A DNA stretch of 46,289 bases. It comes from Candidatus Hydrothermales bacterium. Lineage in GTDB: Bacteria > Hydrothermota > Hydrothermia > Hydrothermales > JAJRUZ01. Under the pieces are notes generated by a model. The model saw only the letters and a list, made by a program, of their open reading frames with translations, searched no databases and was not told where the DNA came from. Shown here one piece after another: positions 45,966-46,289 of the stretch. Positions within the stretch are counted from its first letter, which is position 1; each line of letters opens with the position of its first letter. Position numbers and translations under genes: made by a program. The stretch lies in NCBI GenBank assembly GCA_039630575.1, contig JBCNUW010000016.1, positions 1-46,289 on the forward strand, read 5' to 3'.

Positions 45966-46289
45966 ACTATTTCTCCTTTAATCCATGTTTTCATTTTTAA
46001 GTTAAAAAATTTTTTGGCTCTTTATAATTTTAAAATTGTTTGATTTTCAATAATTTTTAATTTTAGACCCTTTAATTTTTTATTTTTGGTGAAGAAAAAT
46101 TCTTAAAAATAGCTTTTAATTTTAAGGAGAGGCTAAAATGTATTTAAAGATTGATTGAGTAAAAGATAAGAACCTTTTAAAGTGTATAAATATTTAAGGA
46201 TTTTGGGGTCATACAAAGGGAAAGGAAAAACAAAGAAAAATTTGAAAAACTATTTTGTTTATGATAGAAACAGCAAAAGATTTGAGCCA

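Noticed and set aside
46125..46289. AAGGAG followed by ATG 46138
   Set aside because: Stops after six codons (MYLKID*); possibly a remnant but unassignable at the window edge.

Overview
AT-rich, gene-dense bacterial chromosome segment of a diderm, probably anaerobic thermophile. T9SS-type C-terminal domains, a PorV-like gene and a DUF6754-like cluster suggest a WOR-3/FCB-related lineage (inference). It holds about 46 CDS: serpin, TIGR01212 radical SAM, rfbB, POR and KOR-type 2-oxoacid:ferredoxin oxidoreductase operons with a 7Fe ferredoxin, REC + EAL, OmpA, rpsT, tyrS-dxr-rseP, TolC/MFP/RND, uvrC-ogt-nth, a 7-repeat SBBP propeller protein, pyrE, four uncharacterised membrane genes, an EF-G paralogue, CDGSH, Lrp/AsnC, sixA and kptA. 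There are three CCA-less tRNA genes (Leu-CAA, Glu-UUC, Val-GAC). I saw no CRISPR array, integrase, transposase or reverse transcriptase. The most striking unexplained signal is non-coding: an isolated tRNA T-arm mimic, GG-TTCNANT-CC, sits on the sense strand 18-28 nt upstream of the start codon of five unrelated genes lacking a Shine-Dalgarno sequence (rpsT, PPIase/tyrS operon, Spy/CpxP-like, EF-G paralogue, CDGSH), just after their predicted promoters. Two real tRNA genes place their own T-arm at the same distance from a downstream CDS. Other genes are SD-led or apparently leaderless, so the window may show three modes of translation initiation. Also notable: an ABC ATPase that seems to need an ATT start and contains a terminator, and sigma54- and ECF-type promoters.
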